Made by a program: the position numbers and the translations under genes. The notes below the pieces were generated by a model. That model worked only from the letters and a program-made list of their open reading frames with translations. It was not told the DNA's origin and searched no databases. Below, in pieces: positions 9,808 through 18,235 of a stretch of DNA of 64,000 nucleotides. The stretch spans positions 20,194 to 84,193 of the forward strand of contig CAYUQO010000012.1 of the NCBI GenBank assembly GCA_964446945.1. Reading direction: 5' to 3'. The stretch comes from an uncultured Bordetella sp. Lineage in GTDB: Bacteria; Pseudomonadota; Alphaproteobacteria; Micropepsales; Micropepsaceae. Positions within the stretch are counted from its first letter, which is position 1; every line of letters starts with the position of its first letter.

Positions 9808-10467
9808 ATGGACGAAGCCATCGTGGAGGTGCTTGCGAGCACGGAACAGACTGCTGCAGCTCTCCATTTCTCCGCGATACTTGAGAAATTTGCGGAGTCG
9901 CAAATATCGGATCGGATCGAGATCGGCGCCCTGGTGCATGCCATGGAACACCGCTCGGTTGGCGCGCTGGTCCTGATACTTGCCCTTCCCATGGTGGTCC
10001 CGATTCCGGCGCCTGGTATTTCGGTGCCGTTCGGGATTTTCCTGATGCTTATCTCAACCGAGTTGATGTTTGCGCGAGGACAGGTGTGGCTGCCGCGAGG
10101 TCTCGCGGCGCGCACGATCCGTCGCCAGGACTTTATGCGCTTCGCCAAGCGTGCGGTTCCCGTGCTCCGGCGCGTGGAGCAACTCGCGCGGCCGCGTATG
10201 TCCGGGTTTACCGGCGGTTGGGCCATAAGAATTGTGGGCCTTACGTGCCTGATACTCGCGACCATCATCGCGCTTCCGATTCCCATGGGCCACTTCCTGC
10301 CGGGAAGCGTGATCTGTTTGCTGGCGGTAGGGTTGATCGAGTGCGACGGATTGTTGATCGCGATCGGGCTGGTTGCCGCCGCATTCGTGCTCGGCATCGT
10401 AACCTGGGCGTCAGCGCTGTTAGTCAGTTTCGTGCGCGGCTATTTCAATGGCCATGTGCACAGCTGA
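9808..10467 (+). CDS. exoD: Exopolysaccharide synthesis ExoD family membrane protein
   Basis: 219 aa. Typical ExoD layout: IEIGALVHAMEHRSVGALVLILALP...PAPGIS then hydrophobic helices. Confidence 0.75.
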   Translation: MDEAIVEVLASTEQTAAALHFSAILEKFAESQISDRIEIGALVHAMEHRSVGALVLILALPMVVPIPAPGISVPFGIFLMLISTELMFARGQVWLPRGLAARTIRRQDFMRFAKRAVPVLRRVEQLARPRMSGFTGGWAIRIVGLTCLILATIIALPIPMGHFLPGSVICLLAVGLIECDGLLIAIGLVAAAFVLGIVTWASALLVSFVRGYFNGHVHS

Positions 10468-10504
10468 ATCCGACACACTCGCTAATTCAATCGCGGGACC
10501 GCTG

Positions 10505-10518
10505 TTGATTCAGGTCAA
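10505..10518 (+). promoter_or_regulatory. FNR/FixK-type box TTGATTCAGGTCAA
   Basis: TTGA-N6-TCAA, centre 65.5 nt upstream of ATG 10577. GGAGG Shine-Dalgarno at 10564-10568. Confidence 0.6.
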
Positions 10519-10576
10519 TGATCAGTCCGCCGTTGGTTGGCATGCTGACTGGCATTTATGAACGGAGGAATCTGGG

Positions 10577-11011
10577 ATGATCAAGTGGGGCAACATGGTG
10601 ATGTGCGCCGCAATGTCCGCGACGTTGGGCTTGGCGGCGGGTGTTTGTCCGGCCATTGCGCAGACGGAATCGGCGTCACCGCAAGTCAATGAGCGCATTA
10701 TCATTGAAGCGCCGCGTTATGTCCTGAAGCGCCTGCCCGTACCCGGCCGCAAAAACAATCCCGTCAATGCCGAGGTTGCTTCCATATCGCATCCGGTCGG
10801 CTACAGCGATCTCGATCTTTCAAGGGCCGAAGATGCTGCGACGCTGAAGAAGCGTGTGAACGAGACAGCGACCCAGATTTGTATCGAGTTAAACTCGAAA
10901 TATCCTAAGACGCAATTCCGTGTCGTGTATGGCAAGGAAGACTGCGTGAAGTCGGCGGTCGATGAAGCCATGGTGATCGTGAATGAGGTCATTCAAGCCT
11001 CAGCGAGTTGA
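10577..11011 (+). CDS. UrcA family protein (exported)
   Basis: 144 aa with signal peptide and the UrcA signature V.Y.DLDL....A..L..R.....IC (VGYSDLDLSRAEDAATLKKRVNETATQIC). Confidence 0.75.
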   Translation: MIKWGNMVMCAAMSATLGLAAGVCPAIAQTESASPQVNERIIIEAPRYVLKRLPVPGRKNNPVNAEVASISHPVGYSDLDLSRAEDAATLKKRVNETATQICIELNSKYPKTQFRVVYGKEDCVKSAVDEAMVIVNEVIQASAS

Positions 11012-11121
11012 TGCATTCTCAAAGGCTGCGGCCCATGATCAGGGTGTTTCCGCGTTATGCGCGACAGCAACAATTTCGGCCGTTGAAGGCGCGGGCCGCA
11101 AAAATGCTATTTGTTACGGTT

Positions 11122-12264
11122 CTATTGTGAAACGTCCGGCCGGACGGGTTGCGCGGCCAGCAGATCCAGTGTTGCGAAAGCGGTCTGTTCCTTTCTGTCG
11201 CGCAAGAGACTGACCCGAACGGACGTACCCGGCGCTTTCTGGCCGATCAGATTGCGCAATTGGCTGCTGCCCGAAATCGCTGTCCCATCGATAGATATGA
11301 TAACGTCTCCTTGTCGGATTCGTGCCTTCGCTGCTGCAGATTCGGGTTGAACTTCGGCGACGACCGCGCCCTCAAGCAGATTCAGGTTCATCGCCTGGGC
11401 GAGGTCGGGCGTGAGGTCCTGCACAGTCAGTCCAAGCGTGCCGCGCGTCATTTTACCCGACGCAATCAACTGCTCGGCAACACCGATGGCCATATCGACC
11501 GGAATGGCAAATCCGACACCAACATTGCCGCCGCCATTGCTCAATATTGCTGCATTGATGCCGATCAGACGTCCCTTCATATCAACGAGGGCGCCGCCGG
11601 AATTTCCCGGATTAACCGACGCATCGGTCTGAATGAAATCCTCGTAGCTTTCGATTCCGAGGCCCGTTCTTCCCAGCGCGCTGACAATGCCGAAGGTCGC
11701 GGTCTGTCCCAATCCGAACGGGTTTCCGATAGCGACGACATAATCCCCCTGCTTCAGGGATTTCGAATCACCAATAGGAATGGCGGTGAGCCGGTCAGGA
11801 TCGATCCTCAGAACAGCTATATCGGTTTGAGGGTCTGTGCCTACGACTTTGGCATCGAGCCGCCGATGATCCTTGAGCGTGACCTGAATTCTGTCGGCGC
11901 GATCAATGACATGATTATTCGTCAGCAGGTAGCCGCGTCGCTCATCGATAATTACGCCCGAACCCACAGCGCGAAATCTTTGTGTAGTGGGTGTTTGGGA
12001 GCGGGGAAGGCCGAAGTAACGGCGGAATATCGGGTCTTGAAATAACGGGCTCTCCTGAACCTCCCCCGTCCCTTGAACTGACACGTTCACGACGGCCGGC
12101 GAAGTTGCGGTGAGGATCGGCGCCAGTGTCGGCAGCGGTGCTGGGCTTTCCATCGCACCTGAGGGCGAGGCGGTGATCGCCTGGGGAACAACATGTTGCG
12201 CGAGGCCCAGAATAAGCGCGATCGGCAAGAGCATCAGCAAAATGGATTTTACGGACATCGGCAT
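11122..12264 (-). CDS. HtrA/DegP-family periplasmic serine protease (trypsin domain + PDZ)
   Basis: Catalytic motifs TNNHVI, D...DIAVL, GNSGGAL, and a C-terminal PDZ. ATG 12264 (MPMSVKSILLMLLPIAL) was preferred over the track start at 12312. Confidence 0.85.
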   Translation of the reverse strand: MPMSVKSILLMLLPIALILGLAQHVVPQAITASPSGAMESPAPLPTLAPILTATSPAVVNVSVQGTGEVQESPLFQDPIFRRYFGLPRSQTPTTQRFRAVGSGVIIDERRGYLLTNNHVIDRADRIQVTLKDHRRLDAKVVGTDPQTDIAVLRIDPDRLTAIPIGDSKSLKQGDYVVAIGNPFGLGQTATFGIVSALGRTGLGIESYEDFIQTDASVNPGNSGGALVDMKGRLIGINAAILSNGGGNVGVGFAIPVDMAIGVAEQLIASGKMTRGTLGLTVQDLTPDLAQAMNLNLLEGAVVAEVQPESAAAKARIRQGDVIISIDGTAISGSSQLRNLIGQKAPGTSVRVSLLRDRKEQTAFATLDLLAAQPVRPDVSQ

Positions 12265-12359
12265 TTTCCCCTGAAGTCGGGGGCAAATTACCCGAAGCCC
12301 CGGGCTGGCCATTGACCCGGATCAAGAATGTCTGCGCGCCGACAAAACGGGAGGATTGT

Positions 12360-13105
12360 TCAACCGAAAATGTTCCGGGCACGCCAAAGGACTGTGATTC
12401 CGGTGGTGAACATCAGAAGAATGGCCATTCGCCGAAGCCAGATTTCGCTGAACAGGGCAAGCCAGCGCCGGGATATCATGATGGCAAAGACGGCCCCGGA
12501 GCCGGCGACAATGCCTTCGAGAACGGAACCTGCAGGCAGGACGCCAAGCGATCCATAGGTTGCGATTTTGGCAATCTGGATGAACAGAGAGTGCACTGCG
12601 CCCGTCGCAATCATGCGCTCGCGGGTGAGCCCGTAATTCAGATAAAACGGCATGGAAATCATGCTGCTGCCACCGACAACTCCCGAAATGATCCCCACGG
12701 AAAGTGATACCGGCACGAACCATCGGAGCGTCATGGGGAATGAGCGGGGATTTTTGCCAAATCGGTATTGAACCGGCGTCGATAACAGGAACATCCCGAT
12801 AATTACATCAAGGCTGCCTGCGCTCGCCCAACGGAACAGGAACTCCCAACCACTGCGCCGGCGATCGCACCGGGCAGGTACCATCTCACGACTTGCCAGT
12901 CGATGTAATACCACCACGTTATGATTCGCGCCGGGCTGGCCATAACACCCACAATTGTCACAACTGGAGGTATCGTCTTTATACGGACTGCATATGACAA
13001 AAGCGCAATCAGAACGACACTGCCGGACCCGCCGGCCAATGTGCTGATGATCCAGGCTGCGCAACCGGCAGCGAACAGCAGCAAGGACGTCTGAACATCT
13101 GGCAT
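12360..13105 (-). pseudogene. TauE/SafE sulfite-exporter family gene interrupted by a frameshift near 12841-12855
   Basis: The N-terminal 86 aa (MPDVQTSLLLFAAGCAAWIISTLAGGSGS...PGAIAGAVVGS) are in one frame (track ORF 12803..13105). The rest (WEFLFRWASAGSLDVIIGMFLL...to the stop at 12360) is in another frame. Joined, they give a normal ~248-aa TauE protein. Confidence 0.7.
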
Positions 13106-13160
13106 AAGTTGGCGGCCTGACGGTGTCGCGCCGCAAATACATCAAATAGTTTGAAGATTA

Positions 13161-13174
13161 CTGATGCAGGTCAA
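13161..13174 (-). promoter_or_regulatory. Degenerate FNR/FixK-type box (minus strand TTGACCTGCATCAG)
   Basis: 4/5 + 4/5 match to TTGAT-N4-ATCAA. Centre is 62.5 nt upstream of ATG 13105 (TauE-like gene). Confidence 0.35.
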
Positions 13175-13229
13175 GCTGCCTTAGCTACGCGGAAAGCCCA
13201 GGACGCCTGCGAATAGACCATTGGGCTGA

Positions 13230-13243
13230 TTGATATGCATCAA
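13230..13243 (+). promoter_or_regulatory. Perfect FNR/FixK box TTGATATGCATCAA
   Basis: Perfect palindrome TTGAT-N4-ATCAA, centre 63.5 nt upstream of ATG 13300. Confidence 0.65.
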
Positions 13244-13299
13244 TGCCGGGCCTCCGATCGGCATTTACTTTTGCCGCAATTGTCGAAGGAGGCGTTGCC

Positions 13300-13743
13300 A
13301 TGTCGTCCAGCAAATTCCTGATCACCGGTTTCTTGACGGTTGTTGTGCTAAGCGCTGCCGCCACGACTTATTCGGCAAGTGAAGCGCAGCCCTATGGCGG
13401 CGGTTTCGGACCCGGCATGATCGGCGGCTATGGGATGGGACCCGGCATGATGGGCGGCATGATGGGTGCACGCAACAGGGCGTGCAATCCGGATGGCTCG
13501 GTTCCGAATTTCGGATTTCGCACCAATGCAGGCGCGCTCAATCTCTCGGCGGCTGATGTGAGGAAATATCTCGAGAGCCGCATCGCCTGGAGCGGCAATC
13601 CCAATGTCAAAACGGGGGACGTGACGGAACGTGATGCCAATACCATTACGGCGATGATCGTCACCCAGAACAATTCGCTGGTTTCCGAATTCGCATTCGA
13701 CCGTCATACCGGCTTCTCATGCTTCGTCGTGGCACAGAAATAA
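13300..13743 (+). CDS. Exported Gly/Met-rich hypothetical protein
   Basis: ATG 13300 is preceded by GAAGGAGG. Signal peptide MSSSKFLITGFLTVVVLSAAATTYSA, then GGGFGPGMIGGYGMGPGMMGGMMG, then a ~90-aa globular C-terminus. Confidence 0.6.
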   Translation: MSSSKFLITGFLTVVVLSAAATTYSASEAQPYGGGFGPGMIGGYGMGPGMMGGMMGARNRACNPDGSVPNFGFRTNAGALNLSAADVRKYLESRIAWSGNPNVKTGDVTERDANTITAMIVTQNNSLVSEFAFDRHTGFSCFVVAQK

Positions 13744-13801
13744 GGGCCGTGTCTGACGCAGGCGGAGGCAGTGGCCATTCGACAGTGATCAGGGCGTAAA
13801 G

Positions 13802-14485
13802 ATGCTGAAAGCTTCCGATGTGATGTCACCGGGCGCGATATGCGCGACTGAAGACATGCCCGTCCGGGCTGTCGTTCAGCTGATGCTGAAGAATCGCATA
13901 AGCGGTTTGCCGGTTGTCGATTCAAAAAGGAATCTCACCGGAATAGTCACGGAGGGCGACCTGCTGCGCCGCGTTGAACTCGCGACCGCGCGCCGGCGCT
14001 CGTGGTGGGCGAACCTGTTCAATCCGGCACAAAATTCCAAAGACTATATTGCCTCTCATGGACGGCGCGCCGCCGACGTCATGACGCGCAAGGTCCATAC
14101 GGTAGAGTTAAACACTCCGCTGGACGAGATCGTGGCGCTCATGGAAGGCAACGGCGTAAAGCGGCTGCCTGTCATGGAGAATGGGCATGTCGTAGCGGTT
14201 GTGAGCCGTGCCGATCTGCTCAAGGTCATGGCGAGAATTCCGGAGGGTCAGATCGAGCAGCCTGCGCCCGACGATGTGATTCAATCCAGCTTGCTTGAAG
14301 AACTCGGGAAGCAACCCTGGTGGACGAAACACTCACGCGTCGTCGTCGTGGATGGCATAGTGACGCTTCGAGGTGTCGCGTTTGATGAAGAGGAACGGCA
14401 GGCTCTACGCATCGCCGCAGAGAATACAGCCGGTGTCAAGAACGTCCGCGATGAGCTGGTTTGCGCCGCATCCGATTTGCATTAG
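13802..14485 (+). CDS. CBS-pair plus BON domain protein
   Basis: 227 aa: two CBS motifs (ISGLPVVD..., VKRLPVMENGHVVAVVSRADLL) and a C-terminal BON domain (VVVVDGIVTLRGVAFDEEERQALRIAAENTAGVKNVRDEL). Confidence 0.8.
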   Translation: MLKASDVMSPGAICATEDMPVRAVVQLMLKNRISGLPVVDSKRNLTGIVTEGDLLRRVELATARRRSWWANLFNPAQNSKDYIASHGRRAADVMTRKVHTVELNTPLDEIVALMEGNGVKRLPVMENGHVVAVVSRADLLKVMARIPEGQIEQPAPDDVIQSSLLEELGKQPWWTKHSRVVVVDGIVTLRGVAFDEEERQALRIAAENTAGVKNVRDELVCAASDLH

Positions 14486-14494
14486 CCAGCGTAA

Positions 14495-15375
14495 TCAGTG
14501 AAAGAGCAATACCGGAAGCGCGGCGCCCTTCAGGACGTGTTCGGTGAATCCGCCGAAAATGTATTCTCGCTGCCGGCTATGGCCATAAGCGCCCATGATC
14601 AGCAGATCGGCGCCGGAATCCTGAGCGCAATCCAGCACTACCTCCGCTGCGGTTCGAGCGCCGGTGGTGACAAAAAGCCCCTTTGCATTGAAGCCATGCC
14701 AACCCAGATAGCGCAGGATGTTCTCATGTGACGTGGCGCGCCCGTCGCGCTTTGCGCCCCCTTCCTCGGCACAGATAAGTTCAATGTGTTTCGCCTGTTT
14801 CAGCAGCGGCATCGCTGCTGTTAAAGCACGCGCTGCTTCCGCGGTATCCTTCCAGGCAATGGCGACTGTGCCGAATGGACCTGTTGCCTTCGCGGCCGGG
14901 GCGAGCAGCACTGGACGGCCACTTCCCATGATAATCGTGCCGAGCGCGGCTTCCGATAATCTTCCCGCAGGATTGATGCCACCGCCGAGCACGAGTGCAT
15001 CGTAATAGCGCGACAATCTCAGAATGCTATCCACTTCCTCTCCCGTGTCCTCACGGTAGTTGGTGCTGACTGAGTGCGGGCTGGCTGGTTCCGATAAAAC
15101 GGTGAGTTTTGCGTCGCGACGGAAAGAGTCGAAATTGGCCTTGCCGATCTGGTGCGTTCGCTGGTTTCCTGCTCAAGCCGTGTCAGCCGGTCGGACAGGT
15201 TGATCCAGCCGCCCATACCGAGTTGGTCGATTTGTGTCGCGACGGCATTCAGATCCGGAATGACCCGCAGGCATTCCATATGCCCGGCTTGTTCATTGGC
15301 CAGGCGAAGACCGAGCGCAAGCGTTGATGCGTCGCAATCCGAGCCCGTCAGATGCGCCAGTATGGTTCGAAACAT
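14495..15375 (-). pseudogene. Tandem-domain universal stress protein gene interrupted by a frameshift (about 15120-15172)
   Basis: The N-terminal part (MFRTILAHLTGSDCD...LEQETSERT) is in the frame of track ORF 15019..15423. The protein-like continuation (HQIGKANFDSFRRDAKLTVLSEPASPHSVSTNYREDTGEEVDSILRLSRYYDALVLGG...GAYGHSRQREYIFGGFTEHVLKGAALPVLLFH) is in the frame of 14495..15034. That second frame is closed by a TGA at 15173-15175. Confidence 0.7.
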
Positions 15376-15394
15376 GGCCGCGGCACTTTCGAGC

Positions 15395-15487
15395 TTAAAA
15401 CGCGAGATATTGGTGAGCTGCAAACAAAAGCAGCACGACGGTGGTCAGGATGACAATCAGCAATATGAAGCCCATATCCGAAGTCAT
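15395..15487 (-). CDS. Hypothetical 30-aa hydrophobic peptide upstream of the USP gene
   Basis: MTSDMGFILLIVILTTVVLLLFAAHQYLAF. AGGTGA lies 8 nt upstream of the ATG, the stop is 19 nt before the USP ATG, and an FNR-type box is centred 67.5 nt upstream. Confidence 0.35.
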   Translation of the reverse strand: MTSDMGFILLIVILTTVVLLLFAAHQYLAF

Positions 15488-15547
15488 TTGGTAATCACCT
15501 GTTCCGGATTGATCGCGGCAGATTTGCAGACCTTATCTGCCACGTCA

Positions 15548-15561
15548 TTGAGCAGGATCAA
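15548..15561 (-). promoter_or_regulatory. FNR/FixK-type box TTGAGCAGGATCAA
   Basis: TTGA-N6-TCAA overlapping the stop of the ATPase gene. Centre is 67.5 nt upstream of the small-ORF ATG at 15487. Confidence 0.6.
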
Positions 15562-18158
15562 TTCGCGGCCGGCCTCTTGTCGGCGCATGAGGCCGGCGCA
15601 TCCTGCCGGCCCAGGATGGCGCGCAACACCGGTTTGGCCATTTCCAGCAACGCCAGAACCGCGAATCCGGCGCCCAGCGCATAAGCGAGATCGTCAGCGT
15701 GGAGCGGACCGAAATGGAACAGGTCCTTCACAACCGGCCATTTGAGTGACAAAGCAAGAACTCCGGCAACAAAGAACAGGACGACAGCGAGCGCCGGATT
15801 GGGCCGGCGAAACGCGCTGATCAGCGATGCGCTGAACGAACGATTGACGAAAATCAGCGCCACAATTGCTGTCACCAGCGCAAAGAAGGTGATCGCGCGC
15901 ACTTCGTTTTCCGGCATGCCATTGCGCACCGCCAGAAGATAGACCGCGAGCGGAAGCGCCAATGCCGCGATGCCCTGAATTGCACTCCAGGCCGCAAATC
16001 GCGGCGAGAACAACGGCTGGGTGGGCGATCGCGGCGGCCGCGCCATGATGTCGGGTTCGGCAGTTTCGGCTTCGAACACCAGCGAGCAAACCGGATCGAT
16101 GATCATCTCGAGAAAGGCGATGTGGATCGGGCCGAAAATGATCGGCAGGCCGGAAATAAGCGGGGCAAGTGCAAGTCCCGCGACCGGGATATGGACAGCC
16201 AGGATGAAACCCATGGCCTTGCGCAAATTGTCGTAGATCCGGCGTCCGAGACTGATGGCCTTGACGATGGAGCCAAAATCGTCATCCAGCAGTACGATGG
16301 ATGACGCCTCGCGCGCGACATCCGTGCCGCGGCCTCCCATCGCGACACCGATATGGGCGGATTTCAGCGATGGCGCATCATTCACTCCGTCGCCCGTCAT
16401 CGCCACGATCTCGCCATTGGTTTTCAGCGCGTTCACGATGCGCAGCTTCTGTTCCGGCAGAATGCGTGCGAAAACAGTGGCGGTTCGAACCCGTTCTGCG
16501 AGTTCCGAATCCGGCATGCGCGCAAGCTCTTCGCCGGTGATGACCTCACCAGTATCGAGCCCGGCTGCGCGGGCAATCGCGCTGGCTGTCGCCGGATAGT
16601 CGCCGGTGATCATCACAACCCGGATTCCGGCAGAGCGGCATTCGCGGACAGCAGCAGGCACAGCTTCACGCAAGGGATCGGCCAAACCTGCGAGGCCAAG
16701 AAAGCGAAACTGAAAAACTTCCGGACTGTCCGGCAGAGCGTGGTCAGGAATTTGCGCGCAGGCGATGCCAAGCACGCGCAGGCCATTCTGGGCCATTTCG
16801 TCGGTCTGCGCTTTCAGCGCGGCAAGCTGTTCTGGCGAAAATTCGCACAGCCGCGCAATCGATTCCGGCGCGCCTTTCGTGGCAACGAGAAGAGCGGATT
16901 CGTTGCCGTGGCGCCAGACCTGCGTGACCGCCAGCAAATCCGGGCGCAGGCCATAGCTACGGATTAGCGCCCAGTTGCGCGGCGGCGCGAGTCCGGCTCC
17001 CTGGTGTGCGCCCAAATCGTGAAACGCCTTTTCCATCGGATCGAAAGGATTGGGCGCACTCGCAAGAATCGCATACCGGACAAGATCGGCAAATCTGTCG
17101 GGCAGCGTGTCTCCGCGTTGTTGTCCAACGGCACAAACACCACCATTCTTCAATCGCAGTTCTGCGACTACCATGCGATTGACCGTGAGCGTCCCGGTCT
17201 TGTCGGTGCAGAGCACGGTGGCTGCGCCCAGCGTTTCGATCGCCGCGGCGCGGCGGGTCAGAACGCGGGCGCGTGAAATCCGCCATGCGCCCATGGCCAT
17301 GAATACTGTCAGAACGACGGGAAATTCTTCCGGCAACAAGGACATTCCGACCGCGATACCGGCGAGCACCGCCGCCAGCCAGCCGCCGCGAAAGATTCCG
17401 AACAGCAGCACAACGAGAAGACTGACCGCAGCTCCAATTGCGGCGAACACGCGGACGATCCGCCGTGTCTCGGTGTGCAGCCGGGGCGGTTCGGTCGAGA
17501 GCGTGGACAGCGATTGCCCGATTTTACCGATTTCGCTGTTCAACCCGGTGGCGGTGACTTCGGCGATGCCGCCTCCGCGCACGATCAACGCGCCGGAAAA
17601 TACGTAAGGCAGATCATCGCCGCCGGGGCGGGCGCGGGATGCTGCGGATTGCGTCCCGCTGGCGGTCTTGCGCACCGGCGCCGATTCCCCGGTCAGCAGG
17701 GATTCATCGGCCTGCAATTCGCTGGCTTCGAGCAAAACCCCATCGGCGGGAATGCGATCACCTTCGGAAAGCATTATCAGGTCACCGCGCACAACTTCGC
17801 GCCCCGGAATTCGTATCCGCTCGCCGTTGCGGATCACTAGCGCGCGGGGGCTGGTGAGATCACGCAGCGCCTCGAGTACGCGTTCGGTCCGGCTTTCCTG
17901 GACCACGGTGATGATGACGGAAAGCGTGGCAAACACCAGCAGGATCAGTGCTTCCTGAAGATCGCCCAGCAACAGATAGATCACGCCGCCGATGACCAGC
18001 AGCGCGAGCATTGGTTCGCGCATCACCTCGCCAATGATGCGAAAAACGGTTCTGCTTTCCGGACGGGGTAGCTCATTGAAGCCATCGCGTGTAAGCCGCC
18101 CGGCGGCTTCTTCGCCGGTCAGACCAGGCATCTGATTATCAACTAAATTATTGTTCAC
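15558..18158 (-). CDS. Cation-transporting P-type ATPase (P2-type, Ca/Mg-like)
   Basis: 866 aa with phosphorylation motif CTDKTGTLT, TGES actuator motif (LTGES), MITGD and GDGVNDAPSLK. Confidence 0.9.
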   Translation of the reverse strand: MNNNLVDNQMPGLTGEEAAGRLTRDGFNELPRPESRTVFRIIGEVMREPMLALLVIGGVIYLLLGDLQEALILLVFATLSVIITVVQESRTERVLEALRDLTSPRALVIRNGERIRIPGREVVRGDLIMLSEGDRIPADGVLLEASELQADESLLTGESAPVRKTASGTQSAASRARPGGDDLPYVFSGALIVRGGGIAEVTATGLNSEIGKIGQSLSTLSTEPPRLHTETRRIVRVFAAIGAAVSLLVVLLFGIFRGGWLAAVLAGIAVGMSLLPEEFPVVLTVFMAMGAWRISRARVLTRRAAAIETLGAATVLCTDKTGTLTVNRMVVAELRLKNGGVCAVGQQRGDTLPDRFADLVRYAILASAPNPFDPMEKAFHDLGAHQGAGLAPPRNWALIRSYGLRPDLLAVTQVWRHGNESALLVATKGAPESIARLCEFSPEQLAALKAQTDEMAQNGLRVLGIACAQIPDHALPDSPEVFQFRFLGLAGLADPLREAVPAAVRECRSAGIRVVMITGDYPATASAIARAAGLDTGEVITGEELARMPDSELAERVRTATVFARILPEQKLRIVNALKTNGEIVAMTGDGVNDAPSLKSAHIGVAMGGRGTDVAREASSIVLLDDDFGSIVKAISLGRRIYDNLRKAMGFILAVHIPVAGLALAPLISGLPIIFGPIHIAFLEMIIDPVCSLVFEAETAEPDIMARPPRSPTQPLFSPRFAAWSAIQGIAALALPLAVYLLAVRNGMPENEVRAITFFALVTAIVALIFVNRSFSASLISAFRRPNPALAVVLFFVAGVLALSLKWPVVKDLFHFGPLHADDLAYALGAGFAVLALLEMAKPVLRAILGRQDAPASCADKRPAAN

Positions 18159-18235
18159 TGGCGCATGAACTCATGACCGGACGGCAGCAGCACAGATTCC
18201 CGACGAGCGATGACCTACCGGAACCAATCCGGAGA

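Noticed and set aside
9558-10397. 279-aa minus-strand ORF opposite the exoD-like gene.
   Set aside because: Only its last 42 codons (the signal-peptide-bearing small ORF) look genuine. The rest is antisense to a well-supported ExoD-family gene.
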